A stretch of 63,767 bases of DNA, the filler included, from Octopus bimaculoides (taxonomy: Eukaryota), in NCBI RefSeq assembly GCF_001194135.2. It is 8 parts of 8 records of this genome, joined end to end, with 100 filler letters (N's around TTAATTAATTAA, not from the genome) between each part and the next. Parts side by side here need not be neighbours in the genome. Positions count along the whole stretch, not along the records: positions 1 to 18,239 come from NC_068981.1; positions 18,340 to 44,416 come from NC_068982.1; 6 more parts are not named here. The stretch is one strand, 5' to 3'. Below the pieces are notes generated by a model. It was not told the origin of the DNA. It saw only the letters and a program-made list of their open reading frames with translations, and ran no database searches. How positions within the stretch are numbered: the stretch's first letter is position 1; every line of letters starts with the position of its first letter. Below are positions 13,345 to 27,460 of this stretch, in pieces. Both the position numbers and the translations under genes were made by a program.

Positions 13345-13800
13345 GGAGGTGAGAGAGAGAGGGGGGAAGGGACAGAGAGGAAGGGAGAAAGGAGGGGAGA
13401 GAGGGAGGGGAGACGAGAGGAAAGAGAAGGAGAAAAAGAGGGAGAGAGGGGGAAGAAGACAGGGAGAGGGGAGAGAGAAAGAGGGGGGATAGAGAGGGGG
13501 AGAGAGCGAGAAGTAGAGAGAGAAGTAGAGAGAGAGGGAGAGAGAAAGAGAGAGAGAAGCAGAAAGAAAGGGAGAGAGAGGGAGAGAGAAAGGAGGGGAG
13601 AGATAGAGAGGAAGGGGAGAGATAGAGAGGGAGGGGAGAGATAGAGAGGAAGGGGAGAGATGCAGAGAGAGGGAGAGGAGAGGAAAGAGAAGGAGTAAAA
13701 GAGGGAGAGAGAAGGGAGAAAGAGAGGGAGAGAGAGGGAGGGAGGGAGAAAGAGAGGGAAAGAAAGAAGTAGAGAGAGAGGGAGAGATAGACAGAGATGA
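13345..13800. repeat. Polypurine (GA/GGA-rich) tract
   Basis: About 450 bp almost only A/G on the + strand. Confidence 0.9.
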
Positions 13801-13917
13801 AATGTCCACTGAAAACGCTTTCTCGTTCCTTCGTTGTTTCGACGTCCTTTATTGTTTCTTCGTTGCAAACTAATTTATTCTAACTTGTAAATATTTTCTA
13901 TTTACTATTTACCAATG

Positions 13918-14236
13918 TGAAGGCACGTGGCTCAGTGGTTGGGGCATTCGGCTCATGATCGTAAAGTCGTGAGTTCAATTCCCGGCGACGTGTTCAGTCC
14001 TTGAGCAAGACACTCTATTTCCCGTTGCTCCGGTCCACTCAGCTGGCAAAAATGAGTAGGACCTGTAATTCAAAGCCTTGTCACTGTCTGTGTCACGCCG
14101 AATCTCTCCGAGAACTATGTTAAGGCGTACACGTGTCTGTGGAGTGCTCAGCCACTTGCACGTTAATTTCACGAGCAGGCTGTTCCGTTGATCGGATCAG
14201 CTGGGACCCTCGTCGTCGTAACCGACGGAGTGCTCC
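13918..14236 (+). mobile_element. SINE group B1, near full length
   Basis: TGGCTCAGTGG A-box, GAGTTCAATTCC B-box, CORE-like body, tail GACGGAGTGCTCC. Confidence 0.92.
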
Positions 14237-15377
14237 TTAATTTAACAACACAGATAGTTACTACTTTTCTAAATTCATATTTGATACTAGTAATGATTAA
14301 TTTGTATTAGATGATTGCAATTATGATTACCTGAACAGGTAGATATATCAAACTACCTGTTTGTAAAAAGTATTCTATCACATACTGTATCGCTAATTTG
14401 CTGAAGATGTTGAGGACCATGCTGTTGGTGATCATCATCATCATCAGCATCATAATGGCATGTTGGCCTAGGTCTACCTTTGGTACCAGAGTTGTCGATT
14501 AGACGACAAGGCATGATCAAAAGACCACCGTATCTCTATTCTTAGTATTGTTTAGCCCCAGGTCATATCAGTCGTACGTGAATTGTCGGATAAACTACAA
14601 GACACGATCTATCGTTGTTGTGTTATCCCTGAGTCATAGTAATGTCACGGGGATAGCTAATAAATCGACAAGGTACGATTTTGTTTCATCGTTCGACCAA
14701 TGTCCCTGCTGTGAAGTTCCCGTTTCATTATCAAACATGTGGTAGCTTAGAACCACATGATTACAAGTCGAGAGTTCGATAGTGTGATTAGCTGGTCGCT
14801 CAGTGACACATGTATACATGTAAATCTACATGTTACATTGACACAACGTGGTACAAAGGTAGCACATCCTTCCTCTCATCCACTAGACTTCTTTAAAACA
14901 AGATGGCCGACTTTACCCTCATGTAACTCTGTCAAGTCCGGAGCTAAGCTTTTTCTATATTATATTATATTATATTATATTATATTATATTATATTATAC
15001 ACACACACACACATACATGTATGTATGTACGTATGTATGTATTATGCGGTAGTATTAATTTTAGTAGATCATGCAGCCATCTGTCTGCGTAATATTTCAA
15101 AGTTGGTTGAGTGCTACTTGAAGGATATTTAACTCTTATTTTTACCAGATCACGTCATTTAATGCTAACTTCCTCGTTAGATTCTGTAAATAAGGACATA
15201 TGAACTGAAGCAAACTCTTGGATTATGGGGACGATCCATAAGTGAATATAAGCGTAGTGCCGTCCCAGGTGACAAAATATTAAATTACCATTTTCGGAGA
15301 AATATAAAAATAACCAAAATATGTCACAAATTGCGAAGGGTTAATATTGCTTTTCCTCACCGCATCATTTTGAAAAT

Positions 15378-15756
15378 CTTTTGCTTGTTTCAGTCATTAG
15401 ACTGCGGCTAGGCTGGAGCACTGCTTTGAAGAATTTTAGTCAAGTACCTTTTTTTTCCGTTTTGCCGAACTGCTAAGATGCGGGACGTAAACAAACCAAC
15501 ACCGGTTGTCAAGCGGTGGTGGGTGACAAGCAGAGGCACAAAGACATACGCACGCTCACGTACACACACACACACACACACACACATACATACATACATG
15601 ACAGGCTTCATTGTTTCCGTCTACCAAATCCACTCACAATGTTTTGGTTGGCCTAAGGCTATCACAGAAGACACTAGCCTAATGTGCCACGCAGTGGAAC
15701 TGAACCCGTAACCATGTGGTTGAGAAACACAACTTCTTACCACACAGCCATGCCTT
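15378..15756 (-). mobile_element. SINE group C
   Basis: TTTCCGTCTACCAAATCCACTCACAA core and CTTCTTACCACACAGCCATGCC head end. Confidence 0.87.
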
Positions 15757-16229
15757 CACCTATCTAATTATTTCTAATTAACATCTTTCATATTCCCAAC
15801 CTTATATATATAATAATACTTAACTCGTTATTCAAATAATTTAGTTAAGATTTGAAACCCATGGAATAAAAGCAAGACTAAATATTAAGTTAGTGAAAGG
15901 CCTGACATGTTGAAATTACAGTTCCATAGCGACGTCGTTTCACTGACCAGCTTGACCAGTTTGCTCTTATCTTACTTTAAGAAATTATTTCCCAGCTCAG
16001 AGGTTAGCAGTACTCGATCCCAAATTGATATACGTTCGCTACAAAGTCTCTGTAGTAATTAACTTCAGAATCATGCTTCTCGATAATTGCACAAAGATAA
16101 GACAAACCAGAAAACAATAGGAAAGAAACCAACAACGTTCCTTGTATGTTTATCTTAGATTAGATTGTTTTAAGTATGTAATGAGATTATTGTTGTTCAT
16201 TTTTCTCTATCTGATCGTATTTCTAGTAG

Positions 16230-16410
16230 CTGGTGAACTGGCGGACTCGTTAGCACCACGTATAAAAACGCTGAGTGGAATTTCTTCCGGATCTTAACAT
16301 TCAAATCCTACCGACGTCAGATTTACCTTTCGTTTTTTTTTTTCAGAGTCTACAGAATAATCTACTAGCCAAGAAGTGGAGTCAATTTAATCGACTGCCC
16401 TTCCCCTCAA
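16230..16410 (+). mobile_element. Old, diverged SINE group A
   Basis: Degenerate head GAACTGGCGGACTCGTTAGCAC and AATCGACTGCCCTTCCCCTCAAAA tail. Confidence 0.55.
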
Positions 16411-16619
16411 AACTGTTCTCTTTCAACTCTGTTACTGACCGGCCGGCCGGCCGGCTTTCCATCCAGGATTATGCTGTGATCCTGGTCGCGTATAACCGCC
16501 CTTATGAAAGTGTGACCATGCTGGAGCATCGTCAGTGTAATCACCTTTTCAAAGATCGATCTTGTGTGATTGGTTTTTGGTGAAGGAGGAAATTCATCAG
16601 TTGTTTCAACACCCAGACA

Positions 16620-17290
16620 TAATGCAGCAAAAAGCTGTGTAAGGCAACTTCTTTCTAAGCGGATATAATGCTGGGTGTCAGGGAACAAGTCATTATCTTC
16701 CAGGAACGTAATCAGTTTCCTCCTGACAATCAGTTCCATAACTTTGCTGACATGGCAGGATAGAGAGACAGCTCTATAATTTTTATCACCTGCTTTGCTA
16801 CCTCCATTATGGATAGGATAGAATGCCTTCCTTTAACTTTTTGTGAAGTCTCCCAGTTGCGAGAAACTCTGGAAGAGAATCTGTAGTGGTGTTGCTAGAG
16901 CCCCTTTGCATTTCTTGAGGAGGATTTCTGGAAATCCATCGGGGCCTGTGGCTGAGTTTGAAATCATTTCATCAATGGCTGATGTTACATCTGTATTTTT
17001 CTGTTGATTTGGTATTTTCTCTGGAGCAAACTTACTGCAGATGTGCCGTGAATATTGCTTGTTTACCATGTCACTGAATCTCTCAGGTTTTGGTTTATGC
17101 GTTGGGACGTTTTGCGTAGGGTTTAGGACGTTACAAGGCCCCTGATGTTCAACAGGAATACTAGGGTGACATGTAGTGTGTTGGTAGTGATCACTGGTCT
17201 GACAAATGTAGAGGTGTAAGAGGTGACCATCCTGGCTCTTTTGTTGTTTGGGTTGGTCTTGGTTGTCAGAGGATGTTTGTTTAATCATGT
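16620..17290 (-). mobile_element. CR1-group LINE reverse-transcriptase relic
   Basis: SATGPDGFPEILLKKCKGALATPLQILFQ...KNYRAVSL...SKVMELIVRRKLITFLEDNDLFPDTQH...RSCLTQL, RT N-terminal motifs with stops. Confidence 0.85.
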
Positions 17291-17729
17291 ATCCTAGATT
17301 TTGCTATTTACTTACGACTAACATTATTCGCTGGTTTATGTTACCGTATTGTATGACATTATTAACAATGAAATCACAAGTTGTGGTTGCTTTGATATCG
17401 TAGTTTATGCTTAATCTCATATCAATGTCGTGACAAATTCGACTGGTATTTCTCAAATATAATATGTTTGATCGCCAGAACAATATTCTGAAAAAGCGGA
17501 AAGACAACTCGCTGACATCATGGTGAGTTGGTGTGAGAAATATTTCTAGGTGAGAAGTCGAGGGGTCGAATCATGGTTTGTTTTACTGCTACTGTGTTGC
17601 GCTCACGGTCAAACATTCACATACTAGTCTCTCTCTCTCCCTCCCCTCATTCTCTCCCTTCCCCTCTTTCTCCCCTCTCCCTCTCTCTCTCTCTCTAGCT
17701 ATAAATATCAATAGTTAAGAATAACTAAC

Positions 17730-17885
17730 GAGGCGAGCTGACAGAAGCATTAGCACATCGGATGAAATGCAGAGTTGCATTTCTTCCGGCTCTTTGCTTC
17801 CTGAATTCAAGTCTCACCAAGGTCGACTTTACCTTTCATCTCTTAGGGGTCGATAGAATAAAGAACCAGCCAAGAGATGGAGTCA
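17730..17885 (+). mobile_element. Old SINE group A
   Basis: GGCGAGCTGACAGAAGCATTAGCAC head; GGTCGACTTTACCTTTCATC body. Confidence 0.7.
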
Positions 17886-20769
17886 TGTCGGATATTTAAC
17901 CACAACTAACGGCTTCATCGGTTATTTGAATTAATTTATTATTTTAATTCAATCATGAATTTATATTATTATTATTATATCTCTGTACAAAACGATCGTC
18001 TGCAAGAATTAAACTTCTTATAAATTTTAACAACTTGTCTCCTCCATTTTTAACAAAGTTGGTGGGATTCATGGAACTCATGCCATAAATTCATCATACA
18101 TTATATACAAGTACTACTTTCATATCTTCGAAAATTTATACATGTAAACTCCCAGCAAAGTATGAAGAATCAACATTAGAAATATTTTTTGAAAACGTCC
18201 AATTAAAAGATGAATCCACATTCAACTTTTATACACCTANNNNNNNNNNNNNNNNNNNNNNNNNNNNNNNNNNNNNNNNNNNNTTAATTAATTAANNNNN
18301 NNNNNNNNNNNNNNNNNNNNNNNNNNNNNNNNNNNNNNNGTAGGTGCCATCACCACAACATTTGAAAGAGATATACTATGAGAAATCATTATACTTGCAT
18401 ATTTCATATACGAAAGCTGTCGCTTGGTTTTCTGAAGGAAAGCCTGTTTAGACATTTTCATCACACGAAAGCTTGCAGACAAAAGGACATTATAACTTAA
18501 CGGCGGAGTTCCACCTGATATACTGTTTTAATTCACTTCGTCCTTTCTTTCTCTCACTTGTAGTTTATTTGTTGTTTTCCATCCTATAAGTATACCATTT
18601 GTCGTATTGAAATGTCAGCTGTAGACAGTTCATATAAGCTGTATATAGTACTGAACTGGTTACATACACACACACGCAGACACACACACACACTCATACA
18701 CACACACATATATGTGTGTGTGAGACTTTGTCTCTCATATTCCATTTGTCAATTTATCTCTGTATTTATCTCCCATTATTACTTCTTTATATAGCAATTT
18801 CTCTGTTTTAGTAATCTCCCTCTCTTTCTCTTTCTCTCACCCCTATTCTTCTCACACTTGTTCCTTGTATACGTGGGATCACCATATCATCATCATTTAC
18901 ACAAAACATTCAAACACATTCAGATACATTACCATATGATTATATGCATGTGTGTGGGGGAGGGCGTATGTGTGTTTGTGTGTCTGTGTGTTTGAGCGTA
19001 TAATATATTTATCTGAAAGTACATATCGTTACGTAATATATTCGTGTGCATATGTGTACAAAGGCGTGTATTGTTTATAGATCTCCAGTATGTCTTCTCT
19101 ACTTTGTAGTGTAGCCCATTTATACGGTTCCAGAGCTTTGTGGATATGTCTGATTCTTTTGGTAAGTGCTGCCTGGAAAGAGAAAATTTAGAATAATCAT
19201 TAGTTATAGGTATACATATAAAAAAATAAGTAAATATATTTACTCAGAGACTGGAATCTATGGTATTATCTTTAATTCTTTAGTTACTATTGTTTCCATA
19301 CAACATGAAATATGCATTTCATGAATATAAATATGAATATGAATATAATGAATTCATAATATTATAACAATATATCTTTTTTCTCAATGTAAACCATGTG
19401 CATTTTTTCCGACTAAGTCCCAAACAGTAATACATTTAACACTTGCAATATGTTGGTATTCATGGATTTTTACAGTTCAGCAGCAATAGGGAGAGAGGAG
19501 AGAGATAGATGGATAAATAGATAAATATATATATGTGTGTATGTATGTACATATAGAAAGAGAGAGAGAGAGAATAAACCTTACAGTTGGTAACATATAT
19601 GCACACACATTCAGTTACATTTATGAATATATTTGCTGCATCTGTCTGTTAAAAACAGTTATCAATTTGGTTAGTTTTGTTTTCAGTTACAGAGATTCAT
19701 TTTCTTTCGATTTTTGTGAATATATTCACATTTTAGAGAAGATTTTTTAAAATATTGTTCTGAAAGGCAAAATTCATATTAAAATTGCAAGATATGTAAG
19801 CTAGAATCTTAGAGATATATACTTCGTCCCGACAAGTGATTTGATCTGAGATCATGTGTTGAAACTCAAACGATTACAGCCTGAACACACATATTAGCAT
19901 TTCAAAAATACACTGAGACTCAAACCACCTTTATTAAACTTCATTTAAACATTCATTATTTGGTGTCTTTGCAACAACTGTGATTTGATCACTGACATGA
20001 TTCCACTAAATGCAATCACAGAGAATTAAATATAAGTTAATGAATGATGAAAGACTGTATAAACAACAAGAGACATTTCGGAGCCAATAATATTTAGATA
20101 TCGTAGACAGTAAGAATACACACGATAATGTCTAAGATGTTAAAGTAGCCGCTTAAATAATTGTCTCTTAGACAATTATACAAGTGTACAAGTTTACCTA
20201 CTTTTTATTTACATGAGACATATCTCTGTTTCATTTAATATTAATATGGATATCAATGCAGTAACCGATGATAGATGCAATAGCTGAAAGAAAACCTGGC
20301 CTTCTCACAAATTAATCTCTAACATCCATTTGACAATAACAACTATGTTCGCTATTTGAACAGCAAGCCGTAATGTCAACACTTATTCCTTAAATTTTAA
20401 ATAACAAGCTTGATCCTAAGATTTCAAGATTTCTCTTTGATAGATTGTAAAGTCTTCCTTTGAGACAATAATCAGGATTAGACAATGGTAATATACCACG
20501 CCAGACTTTAGACGCTTCTTGTCTTCTGTACATTTACGTGGAGGGTGATACCCAGAGTGTATGCATGTGTGTGTGTGTGTTTAAATGTGTGCGTTAGCTG
20601 AGTGGAAATATAGCTGACACCGTATTTTCTTCAGTATAGTTGCATCATATGTCTGTATATGTGTGCATGAGTCTAAGTGCCAATGTATTTGTATGTATGT
20701 GTGTGTGTGAGTGCTCGTGTGTGCTTAGTTAGTTTGTCGGTTCAAATCTCTTGCTACTTGTGTGTTAGC

Positions 20770-20816
<47 letters not shown>

Positions 20817-22098
20817 GAATTTGCTATGTTGTCGTACAGGGGTATTTCGCTATGTTCGTTCAGATGTGGGTGAAAAGTGATGAGTGATTGAATGTGTGCC
20901 TACACGTAGTTACGTTTGTATATGTGTGTGCATACATATATATATACACACACACATATATATACATATATACATGCCTCACATCTGCCACGGCATGAGC
21001 AGTTTAAAAATATCTTATAAAATACAATACAATTGTGAGTAGGCTTTTAAAGTACTTTGGTTTCTCAGACAATAAAGAAAAACAACAACAAAAAAACTTG
21101 AAATACTTGCTCAAAGAAACAAAGATTATAAGAAGGCTTTTAGAATAAATAGTTGGCGGAAAAACAAGATAATTTTCTCAGTAACGATTTATGATGCAAC
21201 AGAATGCGTGTGTTGAGAAAATAAGCCTCTCTGCGTAACGAACTTGATAAATCTACTAGGAATTGCAGCTTCCAGAGTTGAACAGAAACTTCTTACCATT
21301 TAATGATTCCGCTGAAAGATGGTTAATAATTCTGAGAATTACAAACGATTATTATACAGACGCACACACACACACACACACACGCACGCACGTACGTACA
21401 CGCACGCACACTCCCACACACTCAGACATGCATACATTCGTACATACAGACACTCGCACGCATTTATGTCTCTGTATGTGTATATATGTATATATGAGTG
21501 TGTGTGCGCGCATATGAAAGTATATATGTATTTGTGTATGTATGTGTGTTTGTATACATATATATCTATATATGTATGCACGTGTGTATGTGTATATATA
21601 TATGTGTGTGTGTGAGTGTGTATGTATATGTGTGTTTCAGTGTATATATATATGTGTGTGTGTGAGTGTTTGTATGTATGTATGTAAATTAATATGTATA
21701 TATAAAGAAACACATACGCGTACATGTTACATTGAAATATTTTGTTATTATTGAGGATCTTTGGAGCAACATAGGATGATGGTGAGTTCCAAGCAAGCTG
21801 AATCGGATATCCAGTTTCGATTCCTGGCTCGATATTTTACACTGATTTCTAAGCGTACACAACACTAAGAGTGAGAAAGGCTTCCACCAGATTAGCTGTG
21901 TATGGTAGACTTCATTATTTTAAGAAGTGTATGACGTCCTATATGTGGTAGAGTAGTATACAAAACTTGGAAGTGATAGAGGTGTTATATCTCTGTGTGT
22001 TCATTTAATAAATGTTAAGTAAAATATGCTATTTAAAATAGCAACTTGTCAGTATTTCTTTGAAAAAAAATTCACGTAATAAATATTGCTGCATCGAG

Positions 22099-22330
22099 GG
22101 CGGCGAGCTGTTAGAAACCTTAGCACACCGGATGAAATGCTTAGCGGTATTTCGTCTGCCGTTACGTTCTGGGTTCAAATTCCACCGAGGTCGACTTTTC
22201 ATTTCATCCTTTCGGGGTCGATAAATTAAGTACCAGTTACGCACTGGGGTCAATGTAATCGACTTAATCCCTTTGTCTATCCTTGTTTGTCCCCTCTATG
22301 TTTAGCCCCTTGTGGGCAATAAAGAAACAA
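22099..22330 (+). mobile_element. SINE group A with LINE-like tail (type 3)
   Basis: Well-preserved A head and body, then TTTGTCCCCTCTATGTTTAGCCCCTTGTGGGCAATAAAGAAA. Confidence 0.88.
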
Positions 22331-22837
22331 GAAACGTTAGTACGCCGGGCGAAATGCTTAGCGGTATTTCGTCTGCCGCTACGTGTTCTGAGTNNNNNNN
22401 NNNNNNNNNNNNNNNNNNNNNNNNNNNNNNNNNNNNNNNNNNNNNNNNNNNNNNNNNNNNNNNNNNNNNNNNNNNNNNNNNNNNNNNNNNNNNNNNNNNN
22501 NNNNNNNNNNNNNNNNNNNNNNNNNNNNNNNNNNNNNNNNNNNNNNNNNNNNNNNNNNNNNNNNNNNNNNNNNNNNNNNNNNNNNNNNNNNNNNNNNNNN
22601 NNNNNNNNNNNNNNNNNNNNNNNNNNNNNNNNNNNNNNNNNNNNNNNNNNNNNNNNNNNNNNNNNNNNNNNNNNNNNNNNNNNNNNNNNNNNNNNNNNNN
22701 NNNNNNNNNNNNNNNNNNNNNNNNNNNNNNNNNNNNNNNNNNNNNNNNNNNNNNGTACCAGTTGCGTACTGAGGTCGATCTAATCGACTGACTCCCTCCC
22801 CAAAACTTTCAGGCCATATGGATAGAGTAGAAAAGAA
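22331..22837 (+). mobile_element. Second group A copy head-to-tail, interrupted by an N gap
   Basis: Head at 22331-22393; type-1 tail at 22755-22837; continuity across the gap is assumed. Confidence 0.65.
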
Positions 22838-22944
22838 TAAATATTACTACATCTAACATAGTTTCCTCTTCAGTCGTTCTTTTCCTTTATCATGTGTGTG
22901 TGTGCGCGTGTGTTCGCGTGTGTGTGTGTGTGTAAAATGCATGC

Positions 22945-22981
<37 letters not shown>

Positions 22982-23271
22982 TGACATAGAAAACAGCAGT
23001 CTGTTCCTGCAAGCCAACATACAGTGGGTCAACACACCGTGAGTTACAGTCCATATTTGTGGATGGAACAAACTTTTGGTTTGGTGGAAGGTAACTTGGT
23101 AGTGGACTATAGAAAACCATAAAAGCTAAGGGGCAGGTCTGGAAAGAGTCGAGGAAAGACAGAGAGCAAGGATTGGTGTTAGGTTGCTAGAAGTGATAAG
23201 CGTCAGGGATATCTAGCGAAGAGCGAGAGACGAAGTCGAAAGTAAGAAACTCCAGTATTTATTATTTTAAG

Positions 23272-23505
23272 TTTGGTACTTATTCCATCGGACTCTTATG
23301 CTGAACCACTAAGTTACGTGTACGTTAACACACTACCGCTTAACAACCGGTGGTTGAGGACAAAGACAAACACGCACACATAGAGGTATACATATCTCTA
23401 CGGGGGGCTTCTTTCAGTTACTGTCTATCATATCCACTCACAAGTCTTTCGTCGTCCGGGGGCTATAGTAGAACATACGGTTGAGAAGCAAGTTTCTTAC
23501 TACCC
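23272..23505 (-). mobile_element. Degenerate SINE group C
   Basis: GGGCTTCTTTCAGTT..TCTATCATATCCACTCACAAG core and GCTGAACCACTAAGTTACG. Confidence 0.65.
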
Positions 23506-23742
23506 GAATGAAAATAATCAAGCACTGCATGGAGGACACTGCAGGACTTGAAAGTAGAAGGATGTGTGAGTATATATAGGTGATGAAGGATCAATTCGAG
23601 ATGCTGAGCCCGCGAAGATGAAGGGCTGGGCAACAAGTGGAGAGACGCGGTGTTGAAACAGAGACGACCAGTCTATATCGGCGTATAGAAAAGAATGAAA
23701 ACATGATACCCATGTGTATATATATATATATTCTAACAGTGT

Positions 23743-23785
<43 letters not shown>

Positions 23786-24161
23786 GGAGAGAGAGAGAGA
23801 GAGAGAGAGAAAGAGGAAGAAAGAAATAGTATTGTGCGGGTGTATGGTGTGGGTGGCTGTGGATGTGTNNNNNNNNNNNNNNNNNNNNNNNNNNNNNNNN
23901 NNNNNNNNNNNNNNNNNNNNNNNNNNNNNNNNNNNNNNNNNNNNNNNNNNNNNNNNNNNNNNNNNNNNNNNNNNNNNNNNNNNNNNNNNNNNNNNNNNNN
24001 NNNNNNNNNNNNNNNNNNNNNNNNNNNNNNNNNNNNNNNNNNNNNNNNNNNNNNNNNNNNNNNNNNNNNNNNNNNNNNNNNNNNNNNNNNNNNNNNNNNN
24101 NNNNNNNNNNNNNNNNNNNNNNNNNNNNNNNNNNNNNNNNNNNNNNNNNNNNNNNNNNNNN

Positions 24162-24210
<49 letters not shown>

Positions 24211-24509
24211 GTATGTATATATATAAATATATATATATATTATATAAATATATAATTATATATATACATACATATACTTATTCATATAAATAATTATATA
24301 CATATATATAAATTACATATATATGTGTGTGTGTGTGCATATATTTACATATACATGCATGTATATATGTAATTTTATACATATATATATAATTTTATTT
24401 ATATATATATTATATATATAAGAATTATATATATGTATATGTATAAAATTATATAGATATATGTATATGTAAGTATAAGTTGCACATATAAGTAAAAGTA
24501 AGCATAAAT

Positions 24510-24549
<40 letters not shown>

Positions 24550-25038
24550 NNNNNNNNNNATATATATATATATATGTGTGTGTATTTACAGAAAGAGTGA
24601 CTAACAAAAAGAATAGCTACTGGTGAAAATATATTCAAGTCATGACCACATATACAGAGATATATCACTTTTTGGTTTCATTTGTTAACTTTTCTGTTAA
24701 TATAGAGCCAAGTATGTTTCAGGCTATGTTAAGGAATAGGAACAAGGTGTATATCAAACGTATAACAACTTCTTTGATCATTTCAGAGTAAAAATATCCA
24801 TTAAAATCAGTTACTTTTCTCATGACGAACTGTGGAGTCTCCACCGAGCGCCTACGGTACATTAAAACTCAGAAATCGCGTTTTTTCTTTTTGTTTTTTT
24901 TTTTTCATTCGGCTATTTTCTATTAACATACACATGTTCATGAAACAGACATACACATACACATGCCTCCTATTTGTGCGTGTGCATGCGTGTATGTTTG
25001 TATGTATGTATGTATGTATGTATGTATGTATGTATGTG

Positions 25039-25104
<66 letters not shown>

Positions 25105-25317
25105 CGTATATACATTCATACGCAGAAATGTACAGACACATACATACACGTGCGCGCACACATGATGTATGTATTGATATCTGTGTTGTGTGAAAGCACA
25201 CGTACATATATATACATGCATAGTACATACATACATGCATGCATGCATGCATACATACATACATACATACATACATACATACATACATACATACATACAT
25301 ACATACATACATACATA

Positions 25318-25763
25318 CAGGACTCCACTTTACTTTGGGTAATTCAATTTTTCTATGAAGTATAGTTACTACTTAGATCTCATTCAGAGGTTTAAAACTA
25401 GCTGTTTTACTCATTACGAGATCAGTAACTGTCTGTCACTTACATATTTATATATTGTGAGTAGTGTCGAGTAAGCTGCTGTCTCTGACCGACGGTTGGC
25501 CAGCACCGAGGACTGCAAATTACCCAAAAACCATTGGTCTGTTGGTAATGCTAATGGATAGGAGGGAGTAGTACGCTCGCAGTATATTTCAGACACAGAA
25601 TGTGTGTTGATAACCAACTGGAAAAGAAGTTTTCCTGGGGTTAAAAGGTAGTAACATGGTCCTACGCAGGACTGCCACCTTACGTTGGCAAATAGATTTT
25701 ATTATGAAGTATCATTACTACTTAGATCTCATTCAGAGATTTAAAACTGGCTTTTTTACTCAT
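25318..25763. repeat. Two about 97-bp direct repeats (25318-25414, 25667-25763) around a unique 250-bp core
   Basis: Shared TATGAAGTAT..TTACTACTTAGATCTCATTCAGAG.TTTAAAACT.GCT.TTTTACTCAT. Confidence 0.85.
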
Positions 25764-25888
25764 CATATATATATGTATATATATGTCTGTATGTATGTAT
25801 GTATCTGGCGAGGACCATATACTGCAATAGCTTTGGATCCAAGGGCCCACACCTATTTATCTCCTTGCCATATGCATACATACATACA

Positions 25889-25923
<35 letters not shown>

Positions 25924-25936
25924 TATNNNNNNNNNN

Positions 25937-25983
<47 letters not shown>

Positions 25984-27460
25984 GAAATAGGAAGTGGTCA
26001 GAAGTTTGGATAATTAGTTATTTAGCGCTGTCATCTTTTCATCCTGTTTCAGATTCATCAGGAATGATGAATATATATATATATACACATATATATATAA
26101 TGAATATATATATATATATTGTATACTCAATGTATGTATGTTGTTAAACAATTTTAGGCTCAGTATTTCATTCAAGGAGGTCCCTTTAAAGACGCAGAAT
26201 GTTAACAGAAGCAGTATACTTTACAAAACCAGGCAAAACGAACAATCCCGAAGGTAACTAGGAACGACAGATATCGATAATTGCAGATATTTATGCTCAT
26301 CGAAGCTGTATACTGCTTTTTTGTGTTTTTCCTTGTTTTTTACACTGCACGTCTTAAGGGGGCGCTCTCCAGGGCGAAATATCGCGACCTAAAAGCGTTT
26401 AACAACACACTTAAATGAAGTATGTGACATTGATAATGTTTACATTATCGAACTGCTTCTGACACATAGCGTAAGCGTGGAACGAAGACATGGGGAATCA
26501 TTTGTTCTCTCACACAATATGTTGCAAGGAAATCTGAAATTACCTTTTTAATCATAATTTTTGTAGTTTTTAAAGTTTTCGTATCCTATATATAATTATG
26601 CCATTACAACTTCACAATAATTTTATGAAATATGTAAATTTTCTTTATTCAACACACATCTTCCTGGTCTGAATGGACACCACTCGTTGTTTCAGTTTCG
26701 TGCTGTCTAACGTCATTTTTCTTCATGACCAACAAATATCAAAGGTCAGGTGTGAGGAGGCTATTGCAGTTAGAATGTCTCAACAATAGCATTGTAGTCC
26801 GTGGTCTGTCTGTTGAGGTCAGCAAATGTCCTTTGCATCGAAATAGCTTTGAAATTTATTGGTCAAGCATAATTTACCGGTAGACAGCTCCGAAGCAAGA
26901 AAACAAAAGACATACATATGAATTTTGAAACTATTTTGTTTTTCCAATGAAGATAACTTTCAACAATGTTGGTGTCCAGTGAGTCAATAAATCATCCATA
27001 AAACGGTAGTCAGGCAGCTCAGGAAGTTTATGGCGGTTATCTTTGATTCAGAGAAGACATTCAGACTGTTGAAATTAACAGAGCGACACGACAAAGAGTT
27101 TTAACCTGTTGAATTTGGATGTAGAGATAATTATGTTGTTATCTCAATTTGTCATTAATAATAATCTTCTTAACTGATTTAATTATCATTAATTTTCTTA
27201 GTATCGTTATTACTGTTGTTGTTCAGCCCCAAAGCTTGTAATTTTTTTTTTTTTTTCAGCTTAAACAGTCAGTAACTTCAGCCGTCACTGGTCAGCATGT
27301 ACAGCTTAGTAGCATGTATTATGCTTTTGCTAATTCTTAAGTGTCTATCGAATCTAGACTAGACGCAGATATTCTATACATTAATAATGCTACAATAAAT
27401 AGTAGTATCTGTGGTTCTGTTGAAATTAATAAATTTTGTTTTCAATTTAGTTTTGTCTTA

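Noticed and set aside
13918-13990. tRNA genes at SINE heads
   Set aside because: A and B boxes are present, but there is no complete cloverleaf and they continue into SINE bodies.
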